Assembly: GCA_963662275.1 (NCBI GenBank)
Contig: OY759316.1
Span: 3,968,001 to 4,032,000, forward strand
Direction: 5' to 3'
Length of the DNA stretch: 64,000 nt
DNA from: Candidatus Cloacimonadales bacterium
Lineage (GTDB): Bacteria > Cloacimonadota > Cloacimonadia > Cloacimonadales > DAONDQ01
Position 1 is the stretch's first letter; every line of letters starts with the position of its first letter. Of the stretch, positions 29,044 to 39,606 are shown in pieces. A model generated the notes under the pieces. The model was not told where the DNA came from. It searched no databases and saw nothing but the letters and a program-made list of their open reading frames with translations. The position numbers were made by a program, and so were the translations under genes.

Positions 29044-32000
29044 TCATACCCTACGTCCAATCCAAGCAGTAATCATATTCAGTAATCCATCATAATTGAT
29101 GGGTTTGGCGATATAATCATTTGCCCCGGCATCAATACATTTTGCCCGATCCTCTTTCAGTGCCTTGGCTGTCAATGCTATTACAGGGATATGCTTGAGG
29201 TCATCATCCTCGCGTATTTTCTTGAGTGCTGTGTATCCATCCATGATAGGCATCATTATATCCATTAAGACCAAATCATAGTGTTCCTGCTTCATCATTT
29301 CCAAGCCTACTTTTCCATTTTGAGCATCATGAACTATTAAGCCTTTTGGTTCGAGCGCTGAACTGAGTACAAACACATTCTTGATATCATCATCAACGAT
29401 AAGGACACGCTTCCCCTCTAAATTGGTACTGGTAATATCCATAACACCGGGTTTGGCATATTGAAGTGGTTCGTTATCTGTTTTAACTTGATTTAGAAAT
29501 ATGGAAAGTTCATCGACCAGACGTTTTACAGAATTTACTGTTTTGATGATAATTCTGTCAGCATATTGCTTGATCTTCTTTTCTTCAGCTTCACTTAAAT
29601 CTTTACCTGTATAAACGATCAGGGGAATATTGAATTTGGCTTTTCGGATATTAATGCATACATTCAACCCATTACCTTGTCCAAGTCCAAGATCAACAAT
29701 GACAGCATCATAATGTCCTTTAGCAATTTCATTCATCGCTTCATTTTCTGTAGCTACTCCCGTCACTTCTATCTTATCCGTACGTATGAACTCAACAAGT
29801 ACGTTCCTTTGTATATCATTATCTTCAACAATCAAAAGCTGCTTCCGCGAATTATCACTGATATTGAGCAAACTGGAGATCGCATCCTTGATGATATCTT
29901 CCTGGACAGGTTTTTGAATGAAGTCGAGTGCACCGATTTCCATGGTATTTGTATCTTTATCCTGCGAAGAAATAATTTGAACAGGTATATGCCTCAACTC
30001 TTTTGAGCTTTTCAACTTGCGGAGAAGCTCGCTACCGCTCATATCCGGTAAATTGAGATCGAGAATAATGCCTGCCAACCTGTAAGAGCTTGCCAGGTTC
30101 AGAGCTTCACTGGCAGTTTTCGCTTTCAAACACTGCATATTCATGCTGTGGATAATGCTCTCCACGATCCCGGCAAAGATTTCATCATCCTCCACTACCA
30201 GAAACACCTTGCTGCTGTTATCTAAAGTTAAACGATCATCAGTAGCATCTTCCACTTGTGGTTGTACAACTGGTTTTTCGGTTCTTTTCGGAAGTTCGTA
30301 TTCTATATTCTGTCGATAGCCAACTTCCTGTTCCTGGTTTAAAGTCAAAGGTAACCATAATGTAAATGTGCTTCCCTTTCCAATCTCACTTTCCAGTGTG
30401 ATTTCACCTTTCAGAGACTGGGTCAGCCTTTTGGCTATAGTCAAGCCAAGACCAGTTCCGCCAAATTCACGGGAGATTGAGCTATCCACCTGGTGAAAAG
30501 CTTCGAATATCAATTTCAAATTGTCTTTAGGGATACCAACACCTGTGTCTTTAACTTCCAATTTTACCGGATTATTGGGACGCTTTGTCAAAGTCATGAG
30601 CACTTTTACTGAACCCGTATTAGTAAATTTGATCGCATTGGATATGAAGTTCCTCATGATTTGAGAGACTTTATCCTGATCGGTCATTACTTTTTGAGTG
30701 ATCTCATTCGTGATGATAAATTCTATATTTTTATTTTGCGCAAGTTGGATAAAATAATCATTCAGCTCTTTTCCCATTTTACTACTGTCGAGTTGAGAGA
30801 TGGTCAAGCTGGTCTTGCCCGCTTCAATCTTAGACAAATCAAGAATATCATTGATCAGGCGCAGTAATTCTTCACCCGAGGAATGGATGATTGTTGCTTT
30901 CTTGATATCATCTTCTCCTTGGTTTCCCTTATCGTTTCTGGCAATCATTTTGGACAGCATAAGGATGGAATTTAGAGGTGTTCTCAACTCATGGCTCATA
31001 TTGGCTAGAAACTCGGATTTGTATTGATTGCTTGATTCTAATTCCTGAGCTCTCTGATCTAATGCCACTTTGGTGAGCATCAGGCTTTCATTTGTCTGTC
31101 TGAGTTCTTCCGATTGCTGTTGAGTCTGCTGCTGCTGTTCTTCCAATTGAGCATTGGTTTGCTGTAGTTCTTCTGATTGCTGCTGTAATTGCTGTTGCTG
31201 TTCTTCCATAAGGGCATTCGATTGCTGCAATTCCTCGGTTTGCTGCTGCAACTGCTGCTGCTGCTCTTCCATTTGAGTATTGAGTTCCTGCAATGCCCTT
31301 GCCTTTTCTTCAGCATTTGCCTGTGAGTCCTGTGCTTTGCTTAGTAAAATTTTGATTTGCTCCTTTTGCTGTGCTGTAAAAAGATAAGAAGCAATGATAC
31401 TGCTTGATTGATTGAGCAGATCTATTTGAATTGGTGAAAGTGCACTTAAACTGGCAATTTCAATGATCCCGAAAAGTTCGTTTTCATAGAGAAGAGGATA
31501 TGTAAATGTGTATGCTGCTTTGGCAGATGTGCCAGTGATTATTTCTGTTTCCTCGGGACTGCTGTTATGAAGTGCTATCGCCTTTTTTTCTAGAGCAACC
31601 TGACCTATGACTCCTTCACCATATTGGAATGTATTATTAATTCTATCCCGTTCTGTGAATGCATAAGATCCTAATAATTGGAGTGATTTGCCTTCCTTCT
31701 CAGAGACATACAATACACCTTTGCCTGCGTTGATATATCTGCCCATGAAACTGATGGCTTTATCGGCAAGTTTTTGAATAGTCAAGTCACCTGATATTTC
31801 TTGGGCAAGTAGATTTAAGCCGTCTTTTAGCCAGTTTTGCTCTTCGTTATTTGTGGCATTCTTCGAAAGGTTTTCATTCATCTGTTTCAAAGCCATACCT
31901 AATCTGTCATTCTTGCTGCGAAGGTGAATCTCTGTTTGATAATTACCCGAAGCAACAGAGTTCGCCTGTTCCACAACACTGTTCAGGTTAATCACGATAT

Positions 32001-32721
32001 CCTGTAATGCTGCATAAACCCCTTCAGGTTTTGTACCAAAATCAATATTAAGGTCACCGGTATTGATTTTTTTTGCAGCTTCTGAAACCATATCAGGGTC
32101 ACCACCAATTGTTTTTTGGATTAAACGGACAATGAACATGGAGATCGCCACTGCCAGTGTAAATGCAGCCAGTAGAATGAAGATCATATTCGTACGGGTG
32201 GATGTGGTAAAAGAATTCGTCTTTTTTATACTCATTTCTGTAAGAGTTTTTTGTCTTTCGACAAAGCTCTCCACCAAAGCTTGCATTTTTGTAGTTTCCT
32301 GCTTCAGCGAAGCTATGGAGGACACACTTTTCCAATCTTCAGTACTAGAAAGGATAATCTGCAAGTAATTCCATTCAGCAGCTAATCTACTATAAATTTC
32401 CTTGCTCTGTTCATCAGCAATAGAGCGATCAATCATCCCCATAGATGATACAATGCTCTGTTTGGCATTGTTAAGGAGTTTGACTGCTGAAGGATCATCG
32501 TGATTATTCAATACTTCCAGGGCATAATTTATCTTCAGAAGATTTGTCAGTATCAATTCCCCTTGAGCGCTAGTCATGGACTGAGTGCGAACATTACCGG
32601 AGATTTCCTTATCCACTTTATTCATGGAAAAGATACCAAAAAAGGCAATAAACAAGCCCAAGCTAATCATGAACATAAAACTGTAAATCAAGGTGCTACG
32701 TAATTTTTGTCTCATAATCAT
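29044..32721 (-). CDS. methyl-accepting coiled-coil hybrid kinase (sensor, HAMP, GAF, Q/E coiled coil, HisKA, HATPase, 3 REC)
   Basis: Two TM segments, GAF (GEGVIGQVA), EEQQQQLQQQ(T/S)EEL x3, SHELRTPL, three receivers. Confidence 0.9.
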   Translation of the reverse strand: MIMRQKLRSTLIYSFMFMISLGLFIAFFGIFSMNKVDKEISGNVRTQSMTSAQGELILTNLLKINYALEVLNNHDDPSAVKLLNNAKQSIVSSMGMIDRSIADEQSKEIYSRLAAEWNYLQIILSSTEDWKSVSSIASLKQETTKMQALVESFVERQKTLTEMSIKKTNSFTTSTRTNMIFILLAAFTLAVAISMFIVRLIQKTIGGDPDMVSEAAKKINTGDLNIDFGTKPEGVYAALQDIVINLNSVVEQANSVASGNYQTEIHLRSKNDRLGMALKQMNENLSKNATNNEEQNWLKDGLNLLAQEISGDLTIQKLADKAISFMGRYINAGKGVLYVSEKEGKSLQLLGSYAFTERDRINNTFQYGEGVIGQVALEKKAIALHNSSPEETEIITGTSAKAAYTFTYPLLYENELFGIIEIASLSALSPIQIDLLNQSSSIIASYLFTAQQKEQIKILLSKAQDSQANAEEKARALQELNTQMEEQQQQLQQQTEELQQSNALMEEQQQQLQQQSEELQQTNAQLEEQQQQTQQQSEELRQTNESLMLTKVALDQRAQELESSNQYKSEFLANMSHELRTPLNSILMLSKMIARNDKGNQGEDDIKKATIIHSSGEELLRLINDILDLSKIEAGKTSLTISQLDSSKMGKELNDYFIQLAQNKNIEFIITNEITQKVMTDQDKVSQIMRNFISNAIKFTNTGSVKVLMTLTKRPNNPVKLEVKDTGVGIPKDNLKLIFEAFHQVDSSISREFGGTGLGLTIAKRLTQSLKGEITLESEIGKGSTFTLWLPLTLNQEQEVGYRQNIEYELPKRTEKPVVQPQVEDATDDRLTLDNSSKVFLVVEDDEIFAGIVESIIHSMNMQCLKAKTASEALNLASSYRLAGIILDLNLPDMSGSELLRKLKSSKELRHIPVQIISSQDKDTNTMEIGALDFIQKPVQEDIIKDAISSLLNISDNSRKQLLIVEDNDIQRNVLVEFIRTDKIEVTGVATENEAMNEIAKGHYDAVIVDLGLGQGNGLNVCINIRKAKFNIPLIVYTGKDLSEAEEKKIKQYADRIIIKTVNSVKRLVDELSIFLNQVKTDNEPLQYAKPGVMDITSTNLEGKRVLIVDDDIKNVFVLSSALEPKGLIVHDAQNGKVGLEMMKQEHYDLVLMDIMMPIMDGYTALKKIREDDDLKHIPVIALTAKALKEDRAKCIDAGANDYIAKPINYDGLLNMITAWIGRRV

Positions 32722-33038
32722 ACTCCTTTATAGAAGTTAATCATTTTTATTGTAAACAGCTAATTGATTGTTTGTCAATTACTTTATTTATCGATATTCT
32801 CTTCAATTCAAACCGTCGAATTATCCTCTATTCATATAGTTGGTTAACATCAAAGTCTTGAATTGTTTATCATCAAGCATTTAAGATATTCCAGCTTTTG
32901 AACCCTACTTGGATTTATTTTACTTGGACACTGATACCAGTTATACCATATAATCCGATATACTCTGTTTTCCAGTTTATCATACTATGAATCTGCTCTT
33001 AAATACGCATTTGAAATTGAGACTCTGTGGAAAAAAGT

Positions 33039-33193
33039 AGCTAAGGATTTTGGAGTTCAAATGCCCTAAACAAATTTTCATTGAATACTTAACTAAAAGG
33101 GCAAATGGACTTTACATGAAAGCTGAGGATTTGGAGTTCAATTTCCCAAGCATAACTATCATTTACTACCTGGCTAAAAGGGAAATTGGACTT
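33039..33193. repeat. degenerate ~82-bp tandem duplication
   Basis: agct.aggattt(t)ggagttcaa...ctaaaaggg.aa.tggactt occurs at 33039 and again at 33121. Confidence 0.6.
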
Positions 33194-33469
33194 CAAACCG
33201 ATCTTTCATCATCGGTAGCGAAAACTCGTTTTCAGGGATGTTCAGTATTCCGATTACCTAAACAATAGATTTTTATCACTTTAAATTGGTTTATTTTCGC
33301 TAGTGCCAAAGTCCGCAATTCCTATAAATCGGTAATTGTATGGTTATTTTCTTTGGAATTTTGAACTCCGGCATACTTTTCTATAACCTTGACGCATGAG
33401 TGCCCTGTATTTATCAGGAAAAAGATAAGGAAAAATCACCAAAACATCAACCAGCCATTATCGAAATAA

Positions 33470-33523
33470 GTCTCGGTAATGTCTCGGTCATCTCTCGGTC
33501 ATCTCTCGGTTATGTCTGGGTTA
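33470..33523. repeat. 11-mer tandem repeat (TCTCGGTCATC)n
   Basis: gtctcggtaat/gtctcggtcat/ctctcggtcat/ctctcggttat/gtctgggttat. Confidence 0.8.
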
Positions 33524-33580
33524 TTATATAGGTGACAATAGAGTGAAAAAGAAGGAACTCTGTAACGTTCTTTTCAAACT

Positions 33581-34246
33581 CTAATTATCTCCGAATACAC
33601 CAACTTTTTCAGCAATGATTAGTTGAGGTTCAGTCAATTTTATTACATCTGCTATGGTTGTATCTTCTGCAATTTCCAATAGAACAAGACCTTTGGAAGT
33701 CACTTCCATAACTGCGATATCTGTCACGATCAGGCTGACTTTCCCTTTAGCCGTGAGAGGCAAAGTACATTGATTCAATATTTTGGAATTACCGTTCTTA
33801 TCGCAATGTTCCATGGCAACGATGACTTTTCGGGCACCTGTGACAAGATCCATCGCACCGCCCATACCGGGAATGAGCTTACCGGGAATCATCCAGTTTG
33901 CTAAATTTCCATGCTGGTCAACCTGGAGAGCACCAAGAACAGTGACATCGATATGTCCACCTCGGATAATTCCAAAGCTTATACAGGAATCGAAATAGCA
34001 GGCACCTGGATTGGCAGTCACAAAACCACCACCGGCATTGGTGAGATTCTTATCTTCGGTTCCGGGAGCAGGAGCAGGTCCGACACCCATCATACCGTTT
34101 TCACTTTGGAAATATACTGTCACACCATCCGGGATATGATTGGCTGCTTCTGTTGGCAGTCCGATACCAAGATTAACATAATCACCATCATGTAATTCAC
34201 GAGCAATGCGTTTTCCAATAATTCGTTTCTTATAATCTTTATCCAT
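33581..34246 (-). CDS. atoA: butyrate/acetoacetate CoA-transferase beta subunit
   Basis: NLGIGLP, catalytic SENG, GMGGAMDL. Confidence 0.93.
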   Translation of the reverse strand: MDKDYKKRIIGKRIARELHDGDYVNLGIGLPTEAANHIPDGVTVYFQSENGMMGVGPAPAPGTEDKNLTNAGGGFVTANPGACYFDSCISFGIIRGGHIDVTVLGALQVDQHGNLANWMIPGKLIPGMGGAMDLVTGARKVIVAMEHCDKNGNSKILNQCTLPLTAKGKVSLIVTDIAVMEVTSKGLVLLEIAEDTTIADVIKLTEPQLIIAEKVGVFGDN

Positions 34247-34249
34247 GAT

Positions 34250-34903
34250 CTACTCCTCGTGCTTCACAATATAATTCACAAATACACCTGGTGTGATGAT
34301 GCACTCAGGGTCTAATTCACCAACTTCAACAATCTCATCAGCTTCTACAATCGTTTGTTTCGCAGCAGATGCCATGATTGGATTACAGTTACGCGCAGTT
34401 TTGCTATAAATCAGGTTGCCCATTTTATCTGCCTTTGCAGCTCTGATGAAGGCAAAGTCAGCTTCAATCGGCTCTTCAAGAATATATTCCTTATCGTTGA
34501 TCATCATGATCTGTTTGCCATCCTGGACAACTGTCCCCAAGCCAGTTGGTGTAAGAAATCCGCCGATTCCAGCTCCGGCAGCGCGGATACGCTCCATTAA
34601 AGTTCCCTGTGGAACAAGCTCTATTTGCATTTCACCAATATTCATCTGGTTCTGGATTTCCTTGTTCGTTCCCATGTGGGATACCTGGGCAGATTTGACC
34701 TGGTGATTCACCACCAACTTACCTAGTCCGCGTGTTTCATAATCAGAGGCAATGGCGATGAGATGAAGATCTTTCGTTCCCTGGGCAACGAGGGCATCGA
34801 TGAGATTCTCTGCAGCACCGACCGCCAGGAATCCGCCCAGCATTAGGCGATCACCCTGTCTTACCATCATAGCTGCTTCTTTGGCAGTAATTACTTGAGG
34901 CAT
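34250..34903 (-). CDS. atoD: butyrate/acetoacetate CoA-transferase alpha subunit
   Basis: GGF, PQGTLMERIRAAGAG, KADKMGN. Confidence 0.93.
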   Translation of the reverse strand: MPQVITAKEAAMMVRQGDRLMLGGFLAVGAAENLIDALVAQGTKDLHLIAIASDYETRGLGKLVVNHQVKSAQVSHMGTNKEIQNQMNIGEMQIELVPQGTLMERIRAAGAGIGGFLTPTGLGTVVQDGKQIMMINDKEYILEEPIEADFAFIRAAKADKMGNLIYSKTARNCNPIMASAAKQTIVEADEIVEVGELDPECIITPGVFVNYIVKHEE

Positions 34904-34985
34904 TTTATCTCCCTATCGGAATAATATTATGATTGAAAGCTCAGAAAATCTGCTGGAAGCGTCAACGAAAATATTTATATTGTAA

Positions 34986-35068
34986 TGTAGGGGTCCGCGT
35001 CAGCAGACCCGCTCCGTTTATCTCTTCACTTGCATTTAACGACGGGTCTGCTGACGCGGACCCCTACA
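34986..35068. repeat. GTAG-type REP doublet (perfect 26-bp inverted repeat, 31-bp spacer)
   Basis: tgtaggggtccgcgtcagcagacccg (34986-35011) and its exact reverse complement (35043-35068). Confidence 0.9.
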
Positions 35069-37451
35069 ATTTCATCTGGAATTCCTTTCTATCTTTCCAA
35101 GTCTTAATTTCCAGATAGTCATCATGAATATCCATTTGAATTGCTCCATTCTCTCCTGTTACAAACACTTTGCTTCCCATTCTATGGTAAGTATCAACTG
35201 TCTTTTGATTGGGAAAGTGAAAGCGGTTATGCAAGGATGCATTAATCACTGCAATTTTAGGATGTATTTTAGAGAGGAAATCCCGATTACCAGAAGTCTT
35301 ACTGCCATGGTGCGGGACTTTCATGAAAGTGAATCCTTGTTTTGATAGAAATTCGTCTTCTGTGATATAGGCTTCAGCATCTTCTTCTACATCGCCTGTA
35401 AAAAGCCCTTTGAATTTACCATGTTCAATAGACATGACCATTGCTTCATTATTAAGATTCTCATTTTCGTAATTTCTATCAGGATGCAGGATATGAATCC
35501 GGAAATCATCAATACAAAAAGAGAGAGTATCAGCAAGAATACGAACATGACAATTCTTCTTGGAAGCTAATAAGCGAATTACATTCTTTCCTTCCGGGTC
35601 TTCCAGAAAATGACGGTTCACAATAACGGAATCAATAATCAAATCCTGTGCCAGGTAAGAAACACCTCCCGTATGGTCTAGATGCGGGTGTGAGAGAAAA
35701 AGATATTTCAGATGATGTATTCCTCTGTTTTGCAGATAAGGCAGCACAGAATAAGCGATTTGGGGCTTTAAACCGCTAATTGGACCTGTATCAATGAGAA
35801 CGTTGCACGTAGTTGTTTGAATCAGAGTGCAATCTCCAATTCCGACATCAAAGCAGATAATGCGAGGATTGGATAAGACAGGATGTCTGAATAAAATGAT
35901 AGGTAAAATGAGAAATATAAGAAAAACACAGAATATCTGTTTTTTTCTTTTCAACATCGGTTGGAAAAGGAATATGGATAGAATCAAGACAGAGATTCCA
36001 AGAGTAAATTGCCAAGTTGGGAAATAGAGATAATTCCAGAAAAAGGGCAATTGCCCAGAGTAGTCAGCCCAATGGGAGAACCAGTCATAAAGAAGTGTAT
36101 AGGAATTATGGAAAGGAATCCAGAGAGGAGTGGACAATATCAGAATCAGCATCGCCAAAGGCATTAATGCAGCGATCAATGGTATTCCAATTACATTGCC
36201 GATAATTCCATTCATTCCGAACTGATGAAAATAAAAGAGAGTTAAAGGTATTAGGTAAAGACTTATGAGGATAGATATTATCATCACATCTGTGACCTTG
36301 AACAGGCTTTTATTCCATGAAGCCAAGTTCTCTTTCGCATATCTGAGCGAGAAGGAGAGTTTTGGAAATACCAGCATGAGCACAACAATACAAGCGTATG
36401 ACAATTGAAGTCCGATGGATAATATCTGGGTTGGGTCAATAACTCCAATGATTAGCAGACTAGCTCCAATGAGTTGCAAACCACCAATCCTTCTCTCGAA
36501 GATACCTGCTATCAGGAAGAGATCAATCATCACAACTGCACGAATCACAGAGGGTGTCCAACTGCATAATCCTGCATAGAAGATCATAACAAACAGCAGC
36601 ACGATGCGTACGGGTAGTCTTGGAAGAAACAGATTCAATATTGTGAAGAGAATACCATAAATAAGTAGGATATTCATACCGCTAATCGCAATCAAATGCA
36701 ATAAACCACCACGAGTCAGCACTTGTGTTTGTTCTTTCAAATCAATTCTTTCTCCGAATAATAGAGCTTTTACGAATGGTGCTTGTTCTGTAAAACGGTT
36801 ATCGATCTGTCTAAAAAGGATAATACGGGTCTTAAGCAAAACGTCATTCAGGGAAAAAGAGTCAGTTCCTATCTTGTTAATTTTACTTAGAGGAATGCCG
36901 GTACCATATATTTTTCGATTCAGCAGGTATTCCCGATAATCAAACATAGCAGGATTTGACATAGGTTCCAGAAATTGAATTCGTAACAGGGCTTGAATCC
37001 TGTCCTTGTAAGAGAGAGTATCTTTCAAGGTAAACAGGATAATGTTACCAGTGATAGGATACTTCATTAGTTTTTTAAGCTTCAATGTATACTGAAAGCC
37101 ATTTGAGGTCTTTCTTCCTTCTGTCATGATAATGCCGGTAAAAGTATTCTGAATTGGATCTCGCTCATCCAGCAATGAAGAAAGATGATTCGCCGGAAAG
37201 GAAGCCAGGGTTTGGCTTCTTAGGTAGCCAAGGTTTCCAATCAATAAAAGTAATAACAACACTCTCATTAGTTTGAACATTTTTAATTGTGGAATAACAT
37301 GACATAGTAGAGAAGCAATGGATAAAAGTACAGATATGAAGACAACAATATAATGATATGAAGGGAACTTGTCAGCAAGCAGAATACCGGTAATAAATGC
37401 CAAAGAAGGCAAAAATAATGGTGCTGGTAATGATGGACCCCTTTTATCCAT
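35064..37451 (-). CDS. comEC: DNA internalization competence protein ComEC/Rec2
   Basis: HLIAISG.N competence domain, many TM segments, MBL domain (DVGIGD, SHPHLDH, HHGS). Start set at ATG 37451; open from 37472. Confidence 0.93.
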   Translation of the reverse strand: MDKRGPSLPAPLFLPSLAFITGILLADKFPSYHYIVVFISVLLSIASLLCHVIPQLKMFKLMRVLLLLLLIGNLGYLRSQTLASFPANHLSSLLDERDPIQNTFTGIIMTEGRKTSNGFQYTLKLKKLMKYPITGNIILFTLKDTLSYKDRIQALLRIQFLEPMSNPAMFDYREYLLNRKIYGTGIPLSKINKIGTDSFSLNDVLLKTRIILFRQIDNRFTEQAPFVKALLFGERIDLKEQTQVLTRGGLLHLIAISGMNILLIYGILFTILNLFLPRLPVRIVLLFVMIFYAGLCSWTPSVIRAVVMIDLFLIAGIFERRIGGLQLIGASLLIIGVIDPTQILSIGLQLSYACIVVLMLVFPKLSFSLRYAKENLASWNKSLFKVTDVMIISILISLYLIPLTLFYFHQFGMNGIIGNVIGIPLIAALMPLAMLILILSTPLWIPFHNSYTLLYDWFSHWADYSGQLPFFWNYLYFPTWQFTLGISVLILSIFLFQPMLKRKKQIFCVFLIFLILPIILFRHPVLSNPRIICFDVGIGDCTLIQTTTCNVLIDTGPISGLKPQIAYSVLPYLQNRGIHHLKYLFLSHPHLDHTGGVSYLAQDLIIDSVIVNRHFLEDPEGKNVIRLLASKKNCHVRILADTLSFCIDDFRIHILHPDRNYENENLNNEAMVMSIEHGKFKGLFTGDVEEDAEAYITEDEFLSKQGFTFMKVPHHGSKTSGNRDFLSKIHPKIAVINASLHNRFHFPNQKTVDTYHRMGSKVFVTGENGAIQMDIHDDYLEIKTWKDRKEFQMKL

Positions 37452-37480
37452 AGAATAAGCCTTCCTACTCAATTTGTTAC

Positions 37481-38623
37481 TTAATGATATTTCTCCATGA
37501 TCTTTGTATAGATTTCCTGATTTGTATTCAGTATCGTTTCCAAATCAGGATGACAGATGTTATCAGCAGAATTTACTGCTTCATCTACAATAGAATAAAT
37601 TCGGGTATAGGGTATCATTTCCATCAAAAACAACTTCCCGGCTGCTTCATTTGCTGCATTCATGATCGTTGGAAGCAATCCACCCTTTCTCCCTACTTCA
37701 CAGGCTAAATAAAATAAAGGATACCTCTCTTTGGGTATTGGTTCAAAAGTCAGATGAGGAAGTTCCAAGAGGTTTGTTTGTACGTTTCCGGATTCAATTC
37801 TGTTGGGATAAGAGAGTGCATAAAGAATTGGAAGTTGCATAGAAGGGACACTCATCTGCGCTAAGATTGAACCATCACAGAACTCCACCATGGAATGGAT
37901 AATAGATTGCGGATGAATGATGGCATCGATCTGATCATAATTCGCATGGAAAAGCCAGTAGGCTTCAATCACTTCAAGACCTTTATTCATCATGGTAGCA
38001 GAATCAATAGTTACTTTTGATCCCATGTTCCAAGTAGGATGCTGTAGTGCATCCTGGAGAGTAATCTTATCAAATTCATCAAGAGGCAGTGAACGGAATG
38101 GTCCTCCGGAAGCAGTAAGATGAATTGCTCTGATCTCACTTGATGGATATGAACCAATACACTGGAAAACAGCGCTATGTTCACTATCAACCGGAATAAT
38201 ACGGCTATTTGAGACCTTTAGTATATCTTGAACCAAATGACCACTCATCACCATGGATTCTTTATTGGCAAGAGCAAGGTCAGCGCCTTTAATCAATGTG
38301 GAAATCGTTGTCTGCAAACCAGCGCTGCCACAAATAGCATTCAGAACTATATCATAATCCAAGTCTTCCAGTAATCGCAATAGCTCTACTTCCCCATGAT
38401 AAACAATCGTCGTGTCTGGAAATTCGATTGGTTGGGTTTGTTCATTAGTAAGAACGACGTAGGGAATTTGAAATTCATTTGCCAAGGAAGCCAATTTATG
38501 GGATTGTGAATGAGCAGAGGCAAGAACGATCTGAAAGTCATTCCTATGGGCACGGATGATTTGAACGGCAGAATCGCCTATCGAACCTGTGATTCCCAAG
38601 ATAACAACTTTCTTCATTTTCAT
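37481..38623 (-). CDS. dxr: 1-deoxy-D-xylulose 5-phosphate reductoisomerase
   Basis: GITGSIG, LANKES, PVDSEHSA, TASGGPF, HPTW.MG.K, NKGLEVIEA. Confidence 0.97.
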   Translation of the reverse strand: MKMKKVVILGITGSIGDSAVQIIRAHRNDFQIVLASAHSQSHKLASLANEFQIPYVVLTNEQTQPIEFPDTTIVYHGEVELLRLLEDLDYDIVLNAICGSAGLQTTISTLIKGADLALANKESMVMSGHLVQDILKVSNSRIIPVDSEHSAVFQCIGSYPSSEIRAIHLTASGGPFRSLPLDEFDKITLQDALQHPTWNMGSKVTIDSATMMNKGLEVIEAYWLFHANYDQIDAIIHPQSIIHSMVEFCDGSILAQMSVPSMQLPILYALSYPNRIESGNVQTNLLELPHLTFEPIPKERYPLFYLACEVGRKGGLLPTIMNAANEAAGKLFLMEMIPYTRIYSIVDEAVNSADNICHPDLETILNTNQEIYTKIMEKYH

Positions 38624-39597
38624 TAGAATTGAATACCAAGCGATATGCGTTGGCAACTTTGCAGATCGGTTTTAGGTTCTTGCTTGTATGCATATTGAAA
38701 GGATAGAATGCGATAAGTGATACTCATACCGGCAGTCAAGTTTCCAACATCATATCCTGCTAACAATTTAATACTGGAGATGGGTTGAATTTCAAGTCCA
38801 GCGTGATAATCCATACTGAAAAGTCCAAATGAAGTAGTTGCCATCTGCTTCCTGCCTTCTGACAAGATTTCAGCTCTCAAATAAGTTTTGATAGGTATTT
38901 TTGCTTTAGTAATCTTCATCCCAAACTGCGTCTCAATATCTAAAGAAGGATTGACAACCTCATGAGTTCCATTTTGCCAGAATACTTGTGTTGAAAAGAA
39001 ATCTGCAAAACGCGCTCCCATTGACCAACTATTACTGATTTGGAAATAACCGCCCAAATCAGCACCAAATCCATAACCACTATGTTCTGCTAAAGACCTG
39101 TAAGCAATCTTTGGTGTCATTCCGATAGAAAGCCTGGAATTGATTTCCCTGCCAAAACCAATATAGGCTATATAGTCACTATTGGAAATGGTTTTATAAG
39201 TAACCGGCTGATTGTCAACGCTTGGAGGAAGACTATCATTCTCCAGCCTGGTTAGGGGAATATTGGTATTCCCTATCCGAGTAATAACAAAGGCAATTCG
39301 ATTGGTTTTATTGAGAATACCGGAGAATGTATCATATCTCACGATACCTCCGAATTCTTCCGCATGCATCACTTCAAAGGAATTGTCATGATGATAATTT
39401 AATAGCGCTGCGTTCCAATAAGCTGCTGATGTTCCCTGGATATCAGTAATCCCTGTGGAACCTTTGGCAAAGTTATTGACTCCTGCCCCCATTTTGAATA
39501 TCTCCCCTGCATATTTATCAGCATGCAAGCTGACATTCAGGATTAACATCAGACCAATAACCAAAGCTATAGTATTTAAATTCGTGTTACACTTCAT
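38623..39597 (-). CDS. PorV/PorQ-like (UPF0164) outer-membrane protein
   Basis: Signal peptide, KYAGE...G.G...A.G, YWN.A, amphipathic beta strands, terminal Phe. Confidence 0.65.
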   Translation of the reverse strand: MKCNTNLNTIALVIGLMLILNVSLHADKYAGEIFKMGAGVNNFAKGSTGITDIQGTSAAYWNAALLNYHHDNSFEVMHAEEFGGIVRYDTFSGILNKTNRIAFVITRIGNTNIPLTRLENDSLPPSVDNQPVTYKTISNSDYIAYIGFGREINSRLSIGMTPKIAYRSLAEHSGYGFGADLGGYFQISNSWSMGARFADFFSTQVFWQNGTHEVVNPSLDIETQFGMKITKAKIPIKTYLRAEILSEGRKQMATTSFGLFSMDYHAGLEIQPISSIKLLAGYDVGNLTAGMSITYRILSFQYAYKQEPKTDLQSCQRISLGIQF

Positions 39598-39606
39598 TAA
39601 CCTATC

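Noticed and set aside
31090..31290. CAG/CAA-rich tract as a slippage microsatellite
   Set aside because: Codons are mixed and the period is 63 bp at protein level, so it is a coiled-coil repeat rather than an SSR.
33050..33268. 72-aa ORF
   Set aside because: It overlies the 82-bp duplication, starts with TTG and has no convincing RBS.
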